Shown here: positions 13,250 to 26,528 of the stretch, in pieces | How positions within the stretch are numbered: position 1 is the stretch's first letter | How the letters are laid out: the number at the start of each line of letters is the position of its first letter | Origin: Felis catus | Lineage: Eukaryota | DNA length: 64,000 nt | Assembly: GCF_018350175.1 (NCBI RefSeq) | Contig: NC_058368.1 | Span: forward strand, 102,426,001-102,490,000 | Reading direction: 5' to 3' | Translations under genes and position numbers: made by a program | Notes under the pieces: model-generated | Databases searched by the model: none | What the model was told of the DNA's origin: nothing | The model's input: the letters and a program-made list of their open reading frames with translations, nothing else

Positions 13250-14287
13250 ATTAGACTGAGAGAAAAAAGTACATCGTACCCTCCCCGCCCCCGCAATTTC
13301 AAATTATTTCTAGGAAATCTATAGACAAAATAACTGATCTTCATGAAGCTACGTATTCAGCTATTTTGTCCATGACGTTTGACTCCTATAAGCATGCTTC
13401 TCCAAACGGAGAATTCTTCCTGCAAGAAGAATCAAGCAAAGACCGATCATGAATTATTTGAGGTTTTAACTGCTCCTCTGTAACAAGCCCTAAGAGTAAC
13501 AAAGCTCTGACCTTCCTTTAGTTCTGGGACCACGTTCCGTTCTGGAAGCTCGCCAGCCATGAATCCCTCGGACGGCAATATGCAGACCAGAAGAGTCAGT
13601 GAGCTTAGTCCCAAGAGTTTTTTTTTTTTTTTAAAGATCCTTTTTAGCTTGTTTAGACCCTTTTCTGCAAAGATAGGTTCCAGATGAATCCCAGGATTGG
13701 GAGAACCATGCCAAATACTTCACAATTCTGAACACACTTCAAAGTAACTGCTGCTGTCCTATAACCATTTTTGACTTAGTATCTCGGGAAATTCTTTTCT
13801 ATGGATATATATTTGATTTTATAATAGACATCAAGAGGGAAATGGGAATTGCTTTGCAGAAATTCACTTTACAGCCAAATTTGCTAGCGTGCATCTATTT
13901 CATAAACTGAGAGATGGATTTATTTATGTTCATATTTATCATGTCTGTAACTGCCTACCTCTCTGGGGCTTCCTTCAAGCAGAATCGGACAGGAGACAAT
14001 TAAGCCAAAGGAGAACGTGGTTAATTCCACAGAGAACGTGTTGGGGAGAGCTCATCAGAACATTGACTACCATCTCGCAGAACCCTTTCTTACAGAGTGC
14101 CTGCCTCATTGTTCTGCCTCTCGCTCTCAGCCCTTTCCACTGAAAAAACAAACAAATAAAAAAATCACCTGCAAGTATTGCTCTCACTGGGCTTATTCTC
14201 ATCCCTATTTTTACAGATGAGGAGATACGCGTTAGGCGATGTTATCTGATTTCCCCAAGATCACAAAGTCAGTAAATGTGGCAATAA

Positions 14288-14502
14288 TCTTTTCTTTTTA
14301 AGTGTTTATTTACTTATTTTGAGAGAGAGAGAGAGAGAGTGCGCGTAAGCAGGGGAAGGGCAGAGAGGACGAGAATCCCCAGCAGGTTCCGCACCGACAG
14401 CGCAGAGCCCGACATGAGGCTTGAACTCATGACCCATGAGTTCAGGACCTGAGCCGAAACCAAAAGGCGGATGCTCAACCAACAGAGCCACCCAGGCACC
14501 TC
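14288..14502 (-). mobile_element. CAN-SINE inserted in a MIR
   Basis: TSD tgtggcaa(t/c)aatctt. Confidence 0.9.
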
Positions 14503-16594
14503 CAGTGTGGCAACAATCTTAAGACAGAGATTCGTTCACACCTTCTAACCCCAAATTCTACTTTATTATTATTTTTTTCACTAAACCACACCGATCTGCT
14601 CCTTCCGTCTGCCAATAAGGTGACCATTTTTCTGTCCCGTCTTCGAGCTCTGTTTTCCACGCTTCCTACTGAATTTCTTTTCTCACTTCTTCACCCAACC
14701 GAACGGATATAGGTAAATGCACTGAGCATTTTCAACACCGTAATGCCTCTTCTATAATTGTCTCTAAACTCTCGCATGGGAAGTAAGATGCTGAGCAAGC
14801 TTGATTTCAGGTCAGAGCCGTCTTGAGGCCAAATTGCAAATCCGAGGCTGCGCGTGCGGCGGGGAGGCCAGGGAGACAGAGGGAGGGAACCGTCCGGCAT
14901 CCGAGCGGAATCTGTAAGCAGGACTCAGAGCAAACACCTCGCGAGAGGCAGGAAAGAGCCCCGAAGCAGCAGAGTCATCTATTTGAGCTTTAGATTATTC
15001 ACTTTCCCAACTAATCAATAATTGTTATAATTAAAATTGATAGCTGCAAATAACATGACAGAGGGCCGCTGCCAGAATACTGATTGTGTCTTTGGCTTGG
15101 AAAGATAGGCAGCGGCGTGGAACACTTAGTTTCCAATTTGCTTTTAGCTGTGCGCAAATTGCTTTAGCTGTATCCAGCTGATTTAGACCTTGCCTAGAGG
15201 TGCACGAGATTAATTGAGAGCCACACATTCATTGCTTACAGAATGGACTCTGTAATTGGCGAAATTTGTTAGTGCCAGTTATAAAATAACTATATAGTTC
15301 TGCTTTTAGCTGTCCTCTCATTACTCTCGCCGAGAGAGAGAGGGGAGGGGAAACAATTAGGACCCGTCGGACGGTTAGGAGGGGCGTTTTTACACGAGGA
15401 CCGAAAGGAACGTATCTGTGGTCAATATTTTACGCAGGCGAAACACGAGGGTGAAGACGTCCTGGTTTGTTTGTTTTTTCTTTCAAAAACTGACAAAGTA
15501 CATAGGCATCTGCTCGAGTTTTTCCATCTTTGTGGTGACCGTACCTTCGGTAAGAGAACCCACACTGTTAGAAAGATGAGCAGACTTTTCACAAGGATTC
15601 TTTGTTTTCTCTCCTAACTTCACGGAGTTAACCATGACTTTCTTATTACCAGGTGAAAGAACGACAACAGTACTGAGGCCGCACTTGGGTGCCCTCTTAT
15701 TTGTCTGATTTCTTCTACTTTCTTCTTTGGGTCTCAGCGTAGGGACAGGGAACATCCACACTGCCTAGTTGACATATCAGATGAAAAGGTCAATGAGCAT
15801 GAAAAGTCATTTTGGGCACGACCACATTTTTTCTTTTTTTTTTTTCAGGAGCAAAACTTGATGGGCAAGAACAAAATAGAAGCTCTACTCCATGCTAGAA
15901 AAACAAAGAGGTGTCTTCTTGGCTTTTAAAAAGTATTCTCTGTCCACAGACGTAAATATGCAAAACGGTCAATCGCATTCCTTGGAGAACTCTTGGTAGA
16001 TTGCTATGCACACCAGACTGTACAAAGGCTATTCCCAGACACATTCAGAAACGATATATAAATGAATATATACGCATAGAGTAGAGACATCAGACAGGAC
16101 TCTTTGTCATTCAGGTGACAAAAATCCCAACACCAACTCATTTCAGTTAACAACCAAAGAAAGAGTGGGGGAGGGGTGTTTATTGGTTCTGGTCGTTGAA
16201 AAAGCACAGGAGGGGGACCACTTGAGACACGCGTCAGGGGCTCAAAAATACATGGTGAAGTCCTCCCTCCAACTCTTTGCTCAACTTTGTGGCCCGTTGG
16301 CTTCACTTTCAGGAAAGCCCTCACCCCATGGAGGGCTCCATCAGACCTGGAGTTATAGTCTATCTGCCCAGCAACTACCCTGGAGTTCCAGCAAATTCTT
16401 GGACTGCAGGGAGTCACCTGCCTGCTCCTGAACCACTCCCTGTGGCCAGGAGGGCAGAGTATGCCGACCAACCACATGTGAGTCTGAGTGCCACCAGAGC
16501 AGGTGTGGGGGAACCTGCCTACAGCTCCTGGACAGACAGTCAAGGACAGAGTCCCCTGGAGGACACAGGCTGAGTTTTAGAAAGCAGGGAAATG

Positions 16595-16818
16595 AGGAGT
16601 GCCTGGGTGGCTCAGTCGGTTAAGCACCCAACTTCGGCTCAGGTCATGATCTCACAGTCCATGAGTTCGAGCCCCGCGTCGGGCTCTGGGCTGACAGCTC
16701 AGAGCCTGAAGCCTGTTTCCGATTCTGTGTCTCCCTCTCTCTCTGCCCCTCCCCCGTTCATGCTCTGTCTCTCTCTGTCTCAAAAATAAATAAAACATTT
16801 AAAAAAAAATTTTTTTAA
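16595..16818 (+). mobile_element. CAN-SINE
   Basis: TSD agaaagcagggaaatga. Confidence 0.92.
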
Positions 16819-17145
16819 AGAAAGCAGGGAAATGAAATCCAGGTGGGAACACTGGGAACAAATGACCACCACACGGACAAATTGGTAGTAAACTGTTGGT
16901 ATTACTTAGTGATACTTGTTAAACTTCATTCATTTCTGTCCTTGGCATCTAATTAAAACTAAAGGTCTTTTCCTCCAGAAAAATGTAGCTGTGATCATGT
17001 CACGCAAAATGTTGCCATTTATTTCAGGAGGGTTCGTGCACCCCCAGAGCCTAGCTGATTACGTGGAAACTAAAAAATCCTTTTGAGGTAAAAGGCACTT
17101 ATAGAACCATCTGCTCCTCCCAAGGGTAATGGTTTTAGGTTTTCG

Positions 17146-17186
17146 TTTTTTTCTTTCTTTTTTTCTTTCTTTCTTTCTTTCTTTTT

Positions 17187-17226
<40 letters not shown>

Positions 17227-17473
17227 TCGTTCTTTCTTTCTTTCTTTCTCTCTCTTTCTTTCATTCTTTCTTTTTTCTTTCTTTTTTCTCTCTCTCTCTT
17301 TTTCTTTCTCTCTCTCTTTCTTTTCTCTTTCTTTTCTCTTTCTCTTTCTTTCTCTTTCTTTTCTTTCTCTCTCTTTCTTTCTTTTCTCTTTCTTTTTCTT
17401 TCTTTCTTTTCTTTCTTTCTCTTTCTTTCTTTCTTTTCTTTCTTTTCTTTCTTTCTTTCTTTTCTTTCTTTCT

Positions 17474-17505
<32 letters not shown>
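17146..17505. repeat. (TTTC)n/(TC)n polypyrimidine microsatellite, about 360 bp
   Basis: Almost only C/T on the + strand. Confidence 0.95.
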
Positions 17506-17683
17506 ACTAAGCAATTCCGTTTGTGAAGAATTCCCCTTACACAGCTTTCCTTTATCCTTGTTGTGGAAGAATAAACTCTGAAAACCCAAACTGTACCAAA
17601 TGACTGTTTTGTCCAAATGATAGATTGTCCAGGGCCAGCCTTTCAATCGGATGACGAAGAGAGGGGCTTCAAGAGTGATGTCT

Positions 17684-17918
17684 GGGGGGGCCTGGGTGGC
17701 TCAGTCGGTTGAGCGACCGACTTCGGCTCAGGTCATGATCTCACAGCTCGTGAGTTCGAGCCCCATGTCGGGCTCTGTGCTGACGGCTCAGAGCCTGGAG
17801 CCTGCTTCGGATTCTGTGTCTCCCTCTCTCTCTGCCCCTAACCCACTCACATTCTGTCTCTGTCTCTTCCAAAAATAAGTAAACATTAAAAAAAAATTAA
17901 AAAAAATAAAATAAAAAA
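17684..17918 (+). mobile_element. CAN-SINE
   Basis: TSD aaga(g/a)tgatgtctg. Confidence 0.92.
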
Positions 17919-18147
17919 GAATGATGTCTGCCCTTCTTTATTGAACACAAGAAAATGAGGATTCTGAGGTAAGGCTGTGTTGTGTGTCTAACTTAAGGAC
18001 TCAGCATGAAGATAAAGACTGTCAAGAATAAACACTTTCTTTGATGTTCTTATTTCATATAAGGCCATATGTGACCAGTAAGGAGGAAAAATTATACCTA
18101 ATAAGGCAAACTTTGTCATCGTTGTGATCAGAAAGAGACACTGTTTA

Positions 18148-18371
18148 GGGGCGCCTGGGTGGCTGAGTTGGTTAAGTGTCCGACTTGGGCTCAGGTCATG
18201 ATCTCACGGTTCGTGGGTTCAAGTCCTCTGTCAGGCTCTGTGCTGACAGCTCAGAGCCTGGAGCCTGCTTCGGATTCTGTGTCTCCCTCTCTTTCTGCCC
18301 CCCCCCCCCCCGCCCCACTCACCCTGTCTATCTCTCTCAAAGATAAACATTAAAAAATTTTAAAAAAATAA
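18148..18371 (+). mobile_element. CAN-SINE
   Basis: TSD aaagaga(c/t)actgttt. Confidence 0.92.
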
Positions 18372-19212
18372 AAGAGATACTGTTTCAACATTAGAGTGAA
18401 CGCTCAGAACAAAACATCCCACAAAGTTTTCCCTCAGAAACGTGAATTTGGATATTTAGATTAAGATCGTTCTCATTGTTTAAAAAAAAAAAAAAAAAGT
18501 TAACCGCACAGTGGAGGCAAAAAGACACTGTTAAAAAAAAAAAATGTAGTACTGTTCCAGAATCATCTGCACAGAAAGAGGTCCTATCCTGTGTTTGTGA
18601 GGCACCACCGCTAGGAATAGAAAACAAGGATGGAGAGAGACCGAGAGAAAGGGTGTGAGAGAGAAAACAGCAGCTGAGCAGTTGCTTTCAGATTCGGGGA
18701 AAGAATTCAAAAGAAAGCTCAAAGCGATGGACGAACTGGAAAAACTGCCACCATCATAATGGTCAACTGCTGGCCGAAAATTCTGTCCTTGAAGACAGAA
18801 GGAAGTGGTCTATGCCAAGACCAGCAAGCCATTCTTCTAACAACTGGTCAACAAGTTCTGCAGCCATGGAATCAGGGCCAAGGTAATGGCGGCAGGAGAT
18901 GAGGGAACTGAAAGCAGAAAAAAGCGGAGCATTAACAAAGGTCAAGACGAACGTATGAATTTCAAACTATACACTATCAATGCCACAGACACCGCGAAAT
19001 ATCTAGAAAGATCTATACTGACCGAGGACAAATGGTTACTGGTTTTAGGTTGCCAGGAGGCAAAAGGGGGACTTCATTTCCTTTAGTCTTCTGGGTGGCG
19101 TAAAATAGTTATTAAAATAACCGTTGAGTTATACATGACTTATGCAATGAAAAAAAAATCACATAATAGAAACAAACATGTTTAAAGTATGAGAATAAAA
19201 TATGTTTCTGAT

Positions 19213-19416
19213 GAGGTGCGTCTGGGTGGCTCAGTTGAGAGAGCGTCCAACTCTTGGTTTTGGCTCAGGTCACGATCTCGCGGTTTGGGGGTTTGAGCCC
19301 CGCATCAGGCTCTGTGCTGGCAGCCTGGAGCCTGCTTGGGATTCTCTCGCTCTCTGTCCCTCTCCTGCTTGCCCCCCGCCTCTCTCTCTCAAAAATAAAT
19401 AAATATATATTTTTTA
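19213..19416 (+). mobile_element. CAN-SINE
   Basis: TSD atgtttctgatg. Confidence 0.9.
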
Positions 19417-19571
19417 ATGTTTCTGATGTAAACACAGGGAGTCTGGTTCAGAACCTCTCTTCTCTTCCAAGAAACTATACTGAACAACCAGGACTATGAA
19501 GAAAAGCATTTTGCACAAAGCTTTGGTACCAAGAACTACAACCTTATTATTGTTTAAGATAAAATGTTTGA

Positions 19572-20033
19572 ATTTTTTCTTTTTTTTTTTTTTACCGTTT
19601 ATTTATTTTTGAGACAGAGAGAGAGACAGAGCATGAACAGGGGAGGGTCAGAGAGAGAGGGAGACACAGAATCTGAAACAGGCTCCAGGCTCCTAGCTGT
19701 CAGCACAGAGCCCGACGGTGGGGGGGGGGGGGGGGGGGGGGCTCGAACTCACGGACCGCGACATCGTGACCTGAGCCGAAGTCGGCTGCTTAACCGACTG
19801 AGCCACCCAGGCGCGCCTAAAATAAAATGTTTTAATGTTTATTCATTTTTGAGAGAGAGTGAGACAGAGCGCGAGTGGGGGAGGAGCAGAGAGAGAGGGA
19901 GACACAGAATCCGAAACAGGCTCCAGGCTCTAAGCTGTCAGCACAGAGCCCGACGCGGGGCTCGAACCCACGAACCGTGAGATCATGACCTGAGCCGAAG
20001 TCAGACAACCGACTGAGCCACCCAGGCGCCCCC
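19572..20033 (-). mobile_element. Two nested/tandem CAN-SINEs (about 19572-19817 and 19828-20033)
   Basis: Two reverse SINE bodies; ataaaatgttt duplicated around the first. Confidence 0.9.
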
Positions 20034-20875
20034 AAACTTATTGTCAATGCTGCCTCAAAGAGCTGAAATGAAGCAGAGCCCCAACAGAAGTATTTGGGAA
20101 GCAGCACAGAGCCACCCAGGAAGGGGTGAAGGGAACCGGGGAGCCACAGATTCCAACAAACATAAGCACAAATACGCTTAGCCTGAAAGGAATCCGCTAA
20201 AAAGTGAAAGACCAAAGAGAACGTTGGCCCTGAGGTGGGTGAGTTTTAACAGAGCTAAGATCACACACCAGGAGGTTCAGAGAGGCAAAGGAAGCCAGTG
20301 ACTGCACAGCACAGAGACGCCATGTTGAAGCAAAACCTCTCTACGGCAGCAAAGGAAAGAATCTTGTTACAAAGCCTACAATTTCATCCCGCCCTCCCTC
20401 CCACCCTTAACAAAATATCCTATAAACAGAGGGTCCAGGAAAATCTAAGCCAATCAATCATGCAAAACATAATTAGCATGAGGCTGAAAAAAATTCAAGC
20501 ATCCAATTGAGCAACAGGTTAAAAGAAACAACACTCTGAAAAACATTGCCACGGGGTAGACAAAATTACAAAATCTGTAATCACAAATTCTACCATGATA
20601 TTTAAGAATTAGTAAGAAAACAATGATATCCCTAAAGGAAGACTTCACCAATAAAAATAGGAGAACACAGAGCAGAGGAGACCAAACACCAAACAGTGAC
20701 AAATATGTGCGACAGACTTGGGAAAGAAACATAAGAGAAAGAAATTTGGGAAATCACATTTTTTTTTAATGAAAGGAGCAAAGAGGAAAATAGACACTGC
20801 AGAAAACCCAAAAAGGACTCTTAAAGCTAGAAATGAAATAAGCTAAGAAAACGAGAGAGAAATAAAGAAAAACTG

Positions 20876-21097
20876 GGGGCACCTGGGTGGCTGAGTTGGT
20901 TGAGCGTCTGACTGTGGCTCAGGTCATGATCTCACGGTTCATGAGTTCAAGCCCCGCATCTGGCTCTGTGCTGACAGCTCGGAGCCTGGAGCCTCCTTCG
21001 AAGTTGGTGTCTCTCTCGCTCTGTCTCTGCCCCTCCCCCGCTCATACTCTGTCTCTCTCAGAAATAAACAAACATTAAAAAAATTAAAAAAAAAAAA
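20876..21097 (+). mobile_element. CAN-SINE
   Basis: SINE head to A tail. Confidence 0.9.
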
Positions 21098-21321
21098 CTT
21101 TTTAATTTTTTCTTTTTAACATTTATTTATTTTTGAGACAGAGAGAGACAGAGGATGAATGGGGGGAGGGCCAGAGAGAGAAGGAGACACAGAATCTGAA
21201 GCAGGCTCCAGGCTCCGAGCTGTCAGCACAGAGCCTGATGCGGGGCTCGAACTCACGGACTGTGAGATCATGACCTGAGCGAAGTCGGACGCTCAACCGA
21301 CTGAGCCACCCAGGCACCCCC
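21098..21321 (-). mobile_element. CAN-SINE, tail-to-tail with the preceding copy
   Basis: TSD aaaaacttttta. Confidence 0.9.
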
Positions 21322-22635
21322 AAGAAAAACTTTTTAAAGAATTAGAAAGATAATAATTATAGAAGGTAAAATGTATCTAATGGCTACACAGTAAAAGGGT
21401 ATCCAAGATATACACACTTGGAATCTTCAAGAAGGGAAAATGACACAGAGCAAGTATTTTTAAATCCTCAGTAAGAAAACTTTCCTGAAATAAATCAAGA
21501 CTTGTACCTACATACGCAAATGGCATATCATGTACCAGGGAAAATAAAACCTGAACAACCAACGCTGAGACATACTCTAATAAATCCATAGGGATTTGAA
21601 GACAAAAAATAATCCCCTGGATTAGGGAGGCAAAAAGACCCAATCCGGTACAATTCTTTTGAAATGCGGAAAATGTTTTTATATAACATGTTTGTAGAAA
21701 ATAATGAAATAAAAATGGAGAAGAAAAGGCAAGAGGTAGAAACAAGGTGAGGACAGAAGAATGTTATTTAACATCGGCAAAACGAGGGGCAGGAGTGAGG
21801 ACATAATTAACACTGCAAAAATGACAATCGACTTGAAGGAAGGAGTCTATTGATGGAGATAGAAGAACACTTAAGCTTGTTTTATCACTGAGGATCATAT
21901 TTGAGGTTATTATATTGCATATACCACTGTATGAGGTATTTCTACCTTTCTGTAGTACAAGAGTTGCATAAAATATTTATACAAAAATACAAAATACAAA
22001 CCTCTAATGTCAAAAAAAAATGTTAAAATCAGCAAACAGAAAATGTAAAATAACATGACAGAGCAGAAACAAACAAATCTTTCACAGCCATACATAAAAA
22101 TGGGCTAAACTTAACTATTAAGAGAACTGGGTTTTCAGGTTGGAATCTACAGAGAAATTCATCTCTGGTCGGCGTAAAAGAGAGACATCTAAAACAAATG
22201 ATTCGGAAACCTTAAAATCGAAGGATAGGCAAAGATTTCTCCAGGCATATGCGAAATTATAAAAATGGAGGCTTGCCTCCATTGACATAGAAATATATAC
22301 GAGTTTAGGAGACGGAAATAGAACATATTTGTTTTGCCCTAAGAGGTATCTTAAGCATGCTTACAGCTCCTGGCCTATCAGGTACTGCCTGTCCGTAGAT
22401 GCTGAGCAGGAAAAAAAAAGAAAAGGAAAGAAGTAAGACTGTTAAATCCTGGCATGAAGTAACCTTAACTCCTCACTAAACTCAATTCTTGCTATGCATC
22501 TAGGCCACTATATGTCCTCTGTCTCCAAGGGTTCCAAAGTGCCCTTTTCAAAATGGCAGCCATTATGCAGATGAGTCCACTGCTCGCGCCTCACAGCCCA
22601 TCACAACTAGGTTTCTTAAAATGACGAAACTCTCG

Positions 22636-22860
22636 GGGCGCCTGGGTGGCGCAGTCGGTTAAGCGTCCGACTTCAGCTAGGTCACGATCTCACGGTCCGG
22701 GAGTTCGAGCCCCGCGTCGGGCTCTGGGCTGATGGCTCAGAGCCTGGAGCCTGTTTCCGATTCTGTGTCTCCCTCTCTCTCTGCCCCTCCCCGTTCATGC
22801 TCTGTCTTTCTCTGTCCCAAAAATAAATAAACGTAGAAAAAAAAAATTAAAAAAAAAAAT
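22636..22860 (+). mobile_element. Young SINEC_Fc
   Basis: TSD aaaatgacgaaa. Confidence 0.93.
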
Positions 22861-22992
22861 GACGAAAGTCTCTTATTTCAAAATGAGGTAAAACCTCTAC
22901 TAAAAGAACTTTAGATAGACCTCTTCACAATCGGTATATTGTATTTTTAGCTCCAAAAGATTAAGCACCATAAGAGGGTAACTGAACCTATT

Positions 22993-23199
22993 CTTTATTA
23001 TTATTATTTATTTTTTATATTTGAGAGAGAGACAGAGAGCACGTAGGGGAGAGGCAGAGAGACAGAGACAGAACCTGAAGCAGGCTCCAGGCTCCGAGCT
23101 GTCAGCACAGAACCTGACACGGGGCTCGAACTACGAATCGTGAGATCATGACCTGAGCCAAAGTCGGATGCCTAACCGACTGAGCCATCCAGGCGCCCC
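22993..23199 (-). mobile_element. CAN-SINE
   Basis: TSD tgaacctattctt. Confidence 0.9.
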
Positions 23200-23779
23200 T
23201 GAACCTATTCTTAATAAAGACATTTATTTGTCAGCGACCCCACTTGAGCACTGTCCTCATGAAGCATGTAAGCATGGAAGAGTATGCATATGATGTTATG
23301 CTAAAATACTATACACAAATAGCCAAGGACCAACTTTGCAAAATAAATTTAAAAGCAGTTAACGTCATTGTGAAAGATTCTAGAACTAGCTAATAAACAT
23401 TCTCCCTTGATGTACTATATATACATATATATACATATTATTTGAATAGAGATGAATTAACTAGAAACAGTGAAGAGATAGCAAGAGAAATAGAGGTAAG
23501 ACAGAAGTACAGACAGATTTCATGCTACGTGATTTGTGTCCACCATTTAAAAAAACCCAACAGTTCACAATACATTAAAGACAAAGCCCCTCCCTGCTCT
23601 AGGCTGCTCCCCTGCGCCCCATTCATGGAAGGTAACCACCGTAAACAATCTGAGAACCTTGCTTTCCAGGTTGTTTCTCCAAACACAAATATACCGCACA
23701 ACACACACATGTACACGCACACACACACAAACCATACGTCGTGGCCACCGTATCGTGTGAATAAACACTAATCCCTTCA

Positions 23780-24545
23780 AGGCAGCACACCAGGGCTCTC
23801 TACCTTTGCTAGATCACGCTGATGGACATTCTAGTAGTTTCGGGTTGTTTGAAATGATGCAGCGAACATTTTTGTACGGTGTCTTCGTGCAATTGAGAAT
23901 GGCGGTAGGCTAAAGTCCTACAAAGGAAGTTACGTGTGCTCATATTTTTGACAAACAGCGCCAGGTTCTCCGCTCACATACATCTCACTGACAGTGTGGG
24001 CACCTTCAGCCACACCCTCAACTAACACTTAACCTTTGCGGGACTAACAGGTGAAAACAAAAAAAATTCTGGCGTCCTTTTCATTCACCATTTGACCATC
24101 TTTTTATGTTCCTGTCAGTCATCGTGTTCCTTATCTATGAACGGGTTTGTTTATATCCTTTGGCTCTCTCTTCTATGAGGCTGCTGGCTCAATGCTTTTA
24201 AAAAATAATTTCAGTATCAAAATTGGCCCTTTGCCTGAGGCAAATGTTGCAAATATTTCTCCCGGTTTCTTGTCTGTTATTTGACTTTACTTATGATGTT
24301 ATTCCCCAAATGCAACTCCAAATTCTTTAATGTAGTCAAATTACCCACGTTTTCCTTTGTGGCTTGAATCTGATGCAATCTATGTACAGAAACATCACTC
24401 CCACCCCAGAAATAAGAACAAATCACCTGTGTTTTCTTCTAGTGCTGTGATACTCCCGCTAAATGTTTGATCCTTCTAGAATTTATCTGGTTGTTAAGGA
24501 GTTCCGTTGGATTCCAGACTACTTCTCCCATATGGCCAAGCAGTG
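23780..24545 (-). mobile_element. Ancient L1 (L1ME-like) 3' fragment
   Basis: Degenerate antisense L1 motifs (gaacatttttgtac, gttgcaaatatttctccc, tttaatgtagtcaaatt). Confidence 0.6.
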
Positions 24546-26310
24546 TGTTAAGGTATATTTAAAATAATAACAGACAACATTTGCTGGCCAGGCAGTGTTT
24601 CACTAAAAATAAAGATGAAATTACTTCTATGTTTTCATGCATTGATTTTCATGTTCAGAAATATTAACAGTAGACTACAATCATTTTGTAATATATATTT
24701 TATATTATATAAATATAATATATATATTATATATATCACTTCATAATATATATATTATATATATCATTTTATAATCTATATTTCTTTAAGAAACATCATT
24801 TTCATAGGGTTGTTAACTGGCCTAAAAAAAAAAAAACATAATTTTCAATTTAAATAACATGGAATTATTCGTTCTGTGTTCTAGGAACATGAGAAAGGAA
24901 GGTATAACCCCCAAATTCTTTTGCAACAAGAGAGGCTCCTTAAAAAGTGAAATCAATTATGTTCCGCAAAGACACTTTTAAATTACTTCCAAGCGAGCTT
25001 AAATGGATTTTTTAGGGGTTGTATATCCATTGAAATCGCTATACCCTTTAGCTTTCTGAACAAACAGTGCAAAACTTTGATCAAAGTAGTTATATAGGTT
25101 GCTTTTCTGCCCCAGCTAACCCAAATCACAGAAATGGGGTGATGAATGCAATCCTGTTTCATTTAAAATTCATTCGAGTGGAAAAAAATAGAGAAGGAAT
25201 AATATGAATAGGACATCTTGGGGAGGCAAGTTAAGCTTACTGCAAAGACTGAATGATCAATTAAAAATAGCAGCGCCTCTCCACCTTCAAGGTACTATTT
25301 TACCTCCCGCCTTGCACACTTCTCCCGTTTAACTTCCTCCCAGAACTGGCTGTATCTGTTCCCTAGGCTGACTCCTGTCCACTCTGTGCCCAGCCCCTCC
25401 TTTCACATCATGGGGTGACTGCCTCACCCTGCGTGTTCTTGTCCCCATGCCACCATAAGAGTGAACAGCTAATAGGCAAACAAACCAAAATAATATCTAT
25501 GCCTCATCACGCACAACCTACCTTCTCAGCCCACTGTATACTACACAGGCCTCTACAAAGAATCTGCTGGAACCTGCTTCTAGAATCGTTCCTACCTCCT
25601 GCCTTTCCTAAAATTTCCCAGGCATGTGATGAAATTTTAGCCTCATCCAAACACACAGCTCCCTCGCCCCCTCCAGGGTAAAAATGAAGCCCTTACGACA
25701 GCTCCCAAGACGCCAATAATAGGCGACCCCTCTGTGTCCATCAGACCTCGTGAGACGCGCATTTGCCACAGTGAGAATGTGAAGTTCTACTAGAGAAGAC
25801 AAGAAAACAAAGGTGATGGATGCAAATCATTAGATGTGTTAAGCATAGATAATTAAATTACTTACCGAGGAGATAGGTTAAGACAGATAAATCAAATAGA
25901 GCATATATGTGCGAACCTAGATGGAAAGGCAATGGAAGAACCAAGTAAATACTAAATATTCATGATCACTAAATATATACGAGACACACAAAGCACTGAA
26001 TATTCATTATATCCTAAATATAGCTGAGGACAAGAAGCACGCAATATCCACGAGGCCTTACTTCGGCCGCTCACTGATGACACTCACGCAAAGCCCACCT
26101 GCCCTGTGTCCCAGACATGCAGATAAAGGCCGGAGCTGCTAATCACACGGATGCTACAGTGCCTGGCCAGGCTCTCCGACAAGCCTGTGCTGACTCCAGA
26201 CATCCGCCAGCTTCCTCACTGTCACGTCTAGTCCTCCTAACCACAGGGTCACGGCGAAGGCTAACGCCCCACACAAACAGGACAAAAGCATATGCGTAAC
26301 ACAGAACTCA

Positions 26311-26528
26311 GGGGACGCCTGGGTGGCTCGGTCGGTGAAGCGCCTGACCCTGGATCTCGGCTCAGGTCAGGATCTCACCAGTTCGTGGGATCGAGCCCCG
26401 CGTTGAACTCGGCGCCAACGGGGGAGCCTGCTTGGGATTCTCCGTCTCCCTCTCTCTTTCTCTGCCCCTCCCCGGCTTGCACTCTCCCTCCCTCGCTCTC
26501 TCCCCCAAAATGAACAAACGTTATAAAA
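26311..26528 (+). mobile_element. CAN-SINE
   Basis: Flanks gtaacacaga..actcaggg duplicated. Confidence 0.88.

Larger units (their letters stand above)
20400..22260 (+). mobile_element. Ancient L1M fragment (ORF1 to ORF2 endonuclease region), interrupted by two SINEs
   Basis: A-rich sequence with L1 ORF1-like (gaaaactttcctgaaat, gacatactctaataaa) and endonuclease-like (aatgggctaaac, gagacatctaaaacaaa) motifs. No intact ORF. Confidence 0.65.

Noticed and set aside
16070..16570. Possible old MLT1-type LTR fragments (also about 28650-29455 and 32100-32900)
   Set aside because: Only faint motif resemblance; boundaries and family cannot be supported without a profile search.
17059..17646. K/E/R-rich and F/S/L-rich ORFs
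   Set aside because: Translations of the (TTTC)n microsatellite.
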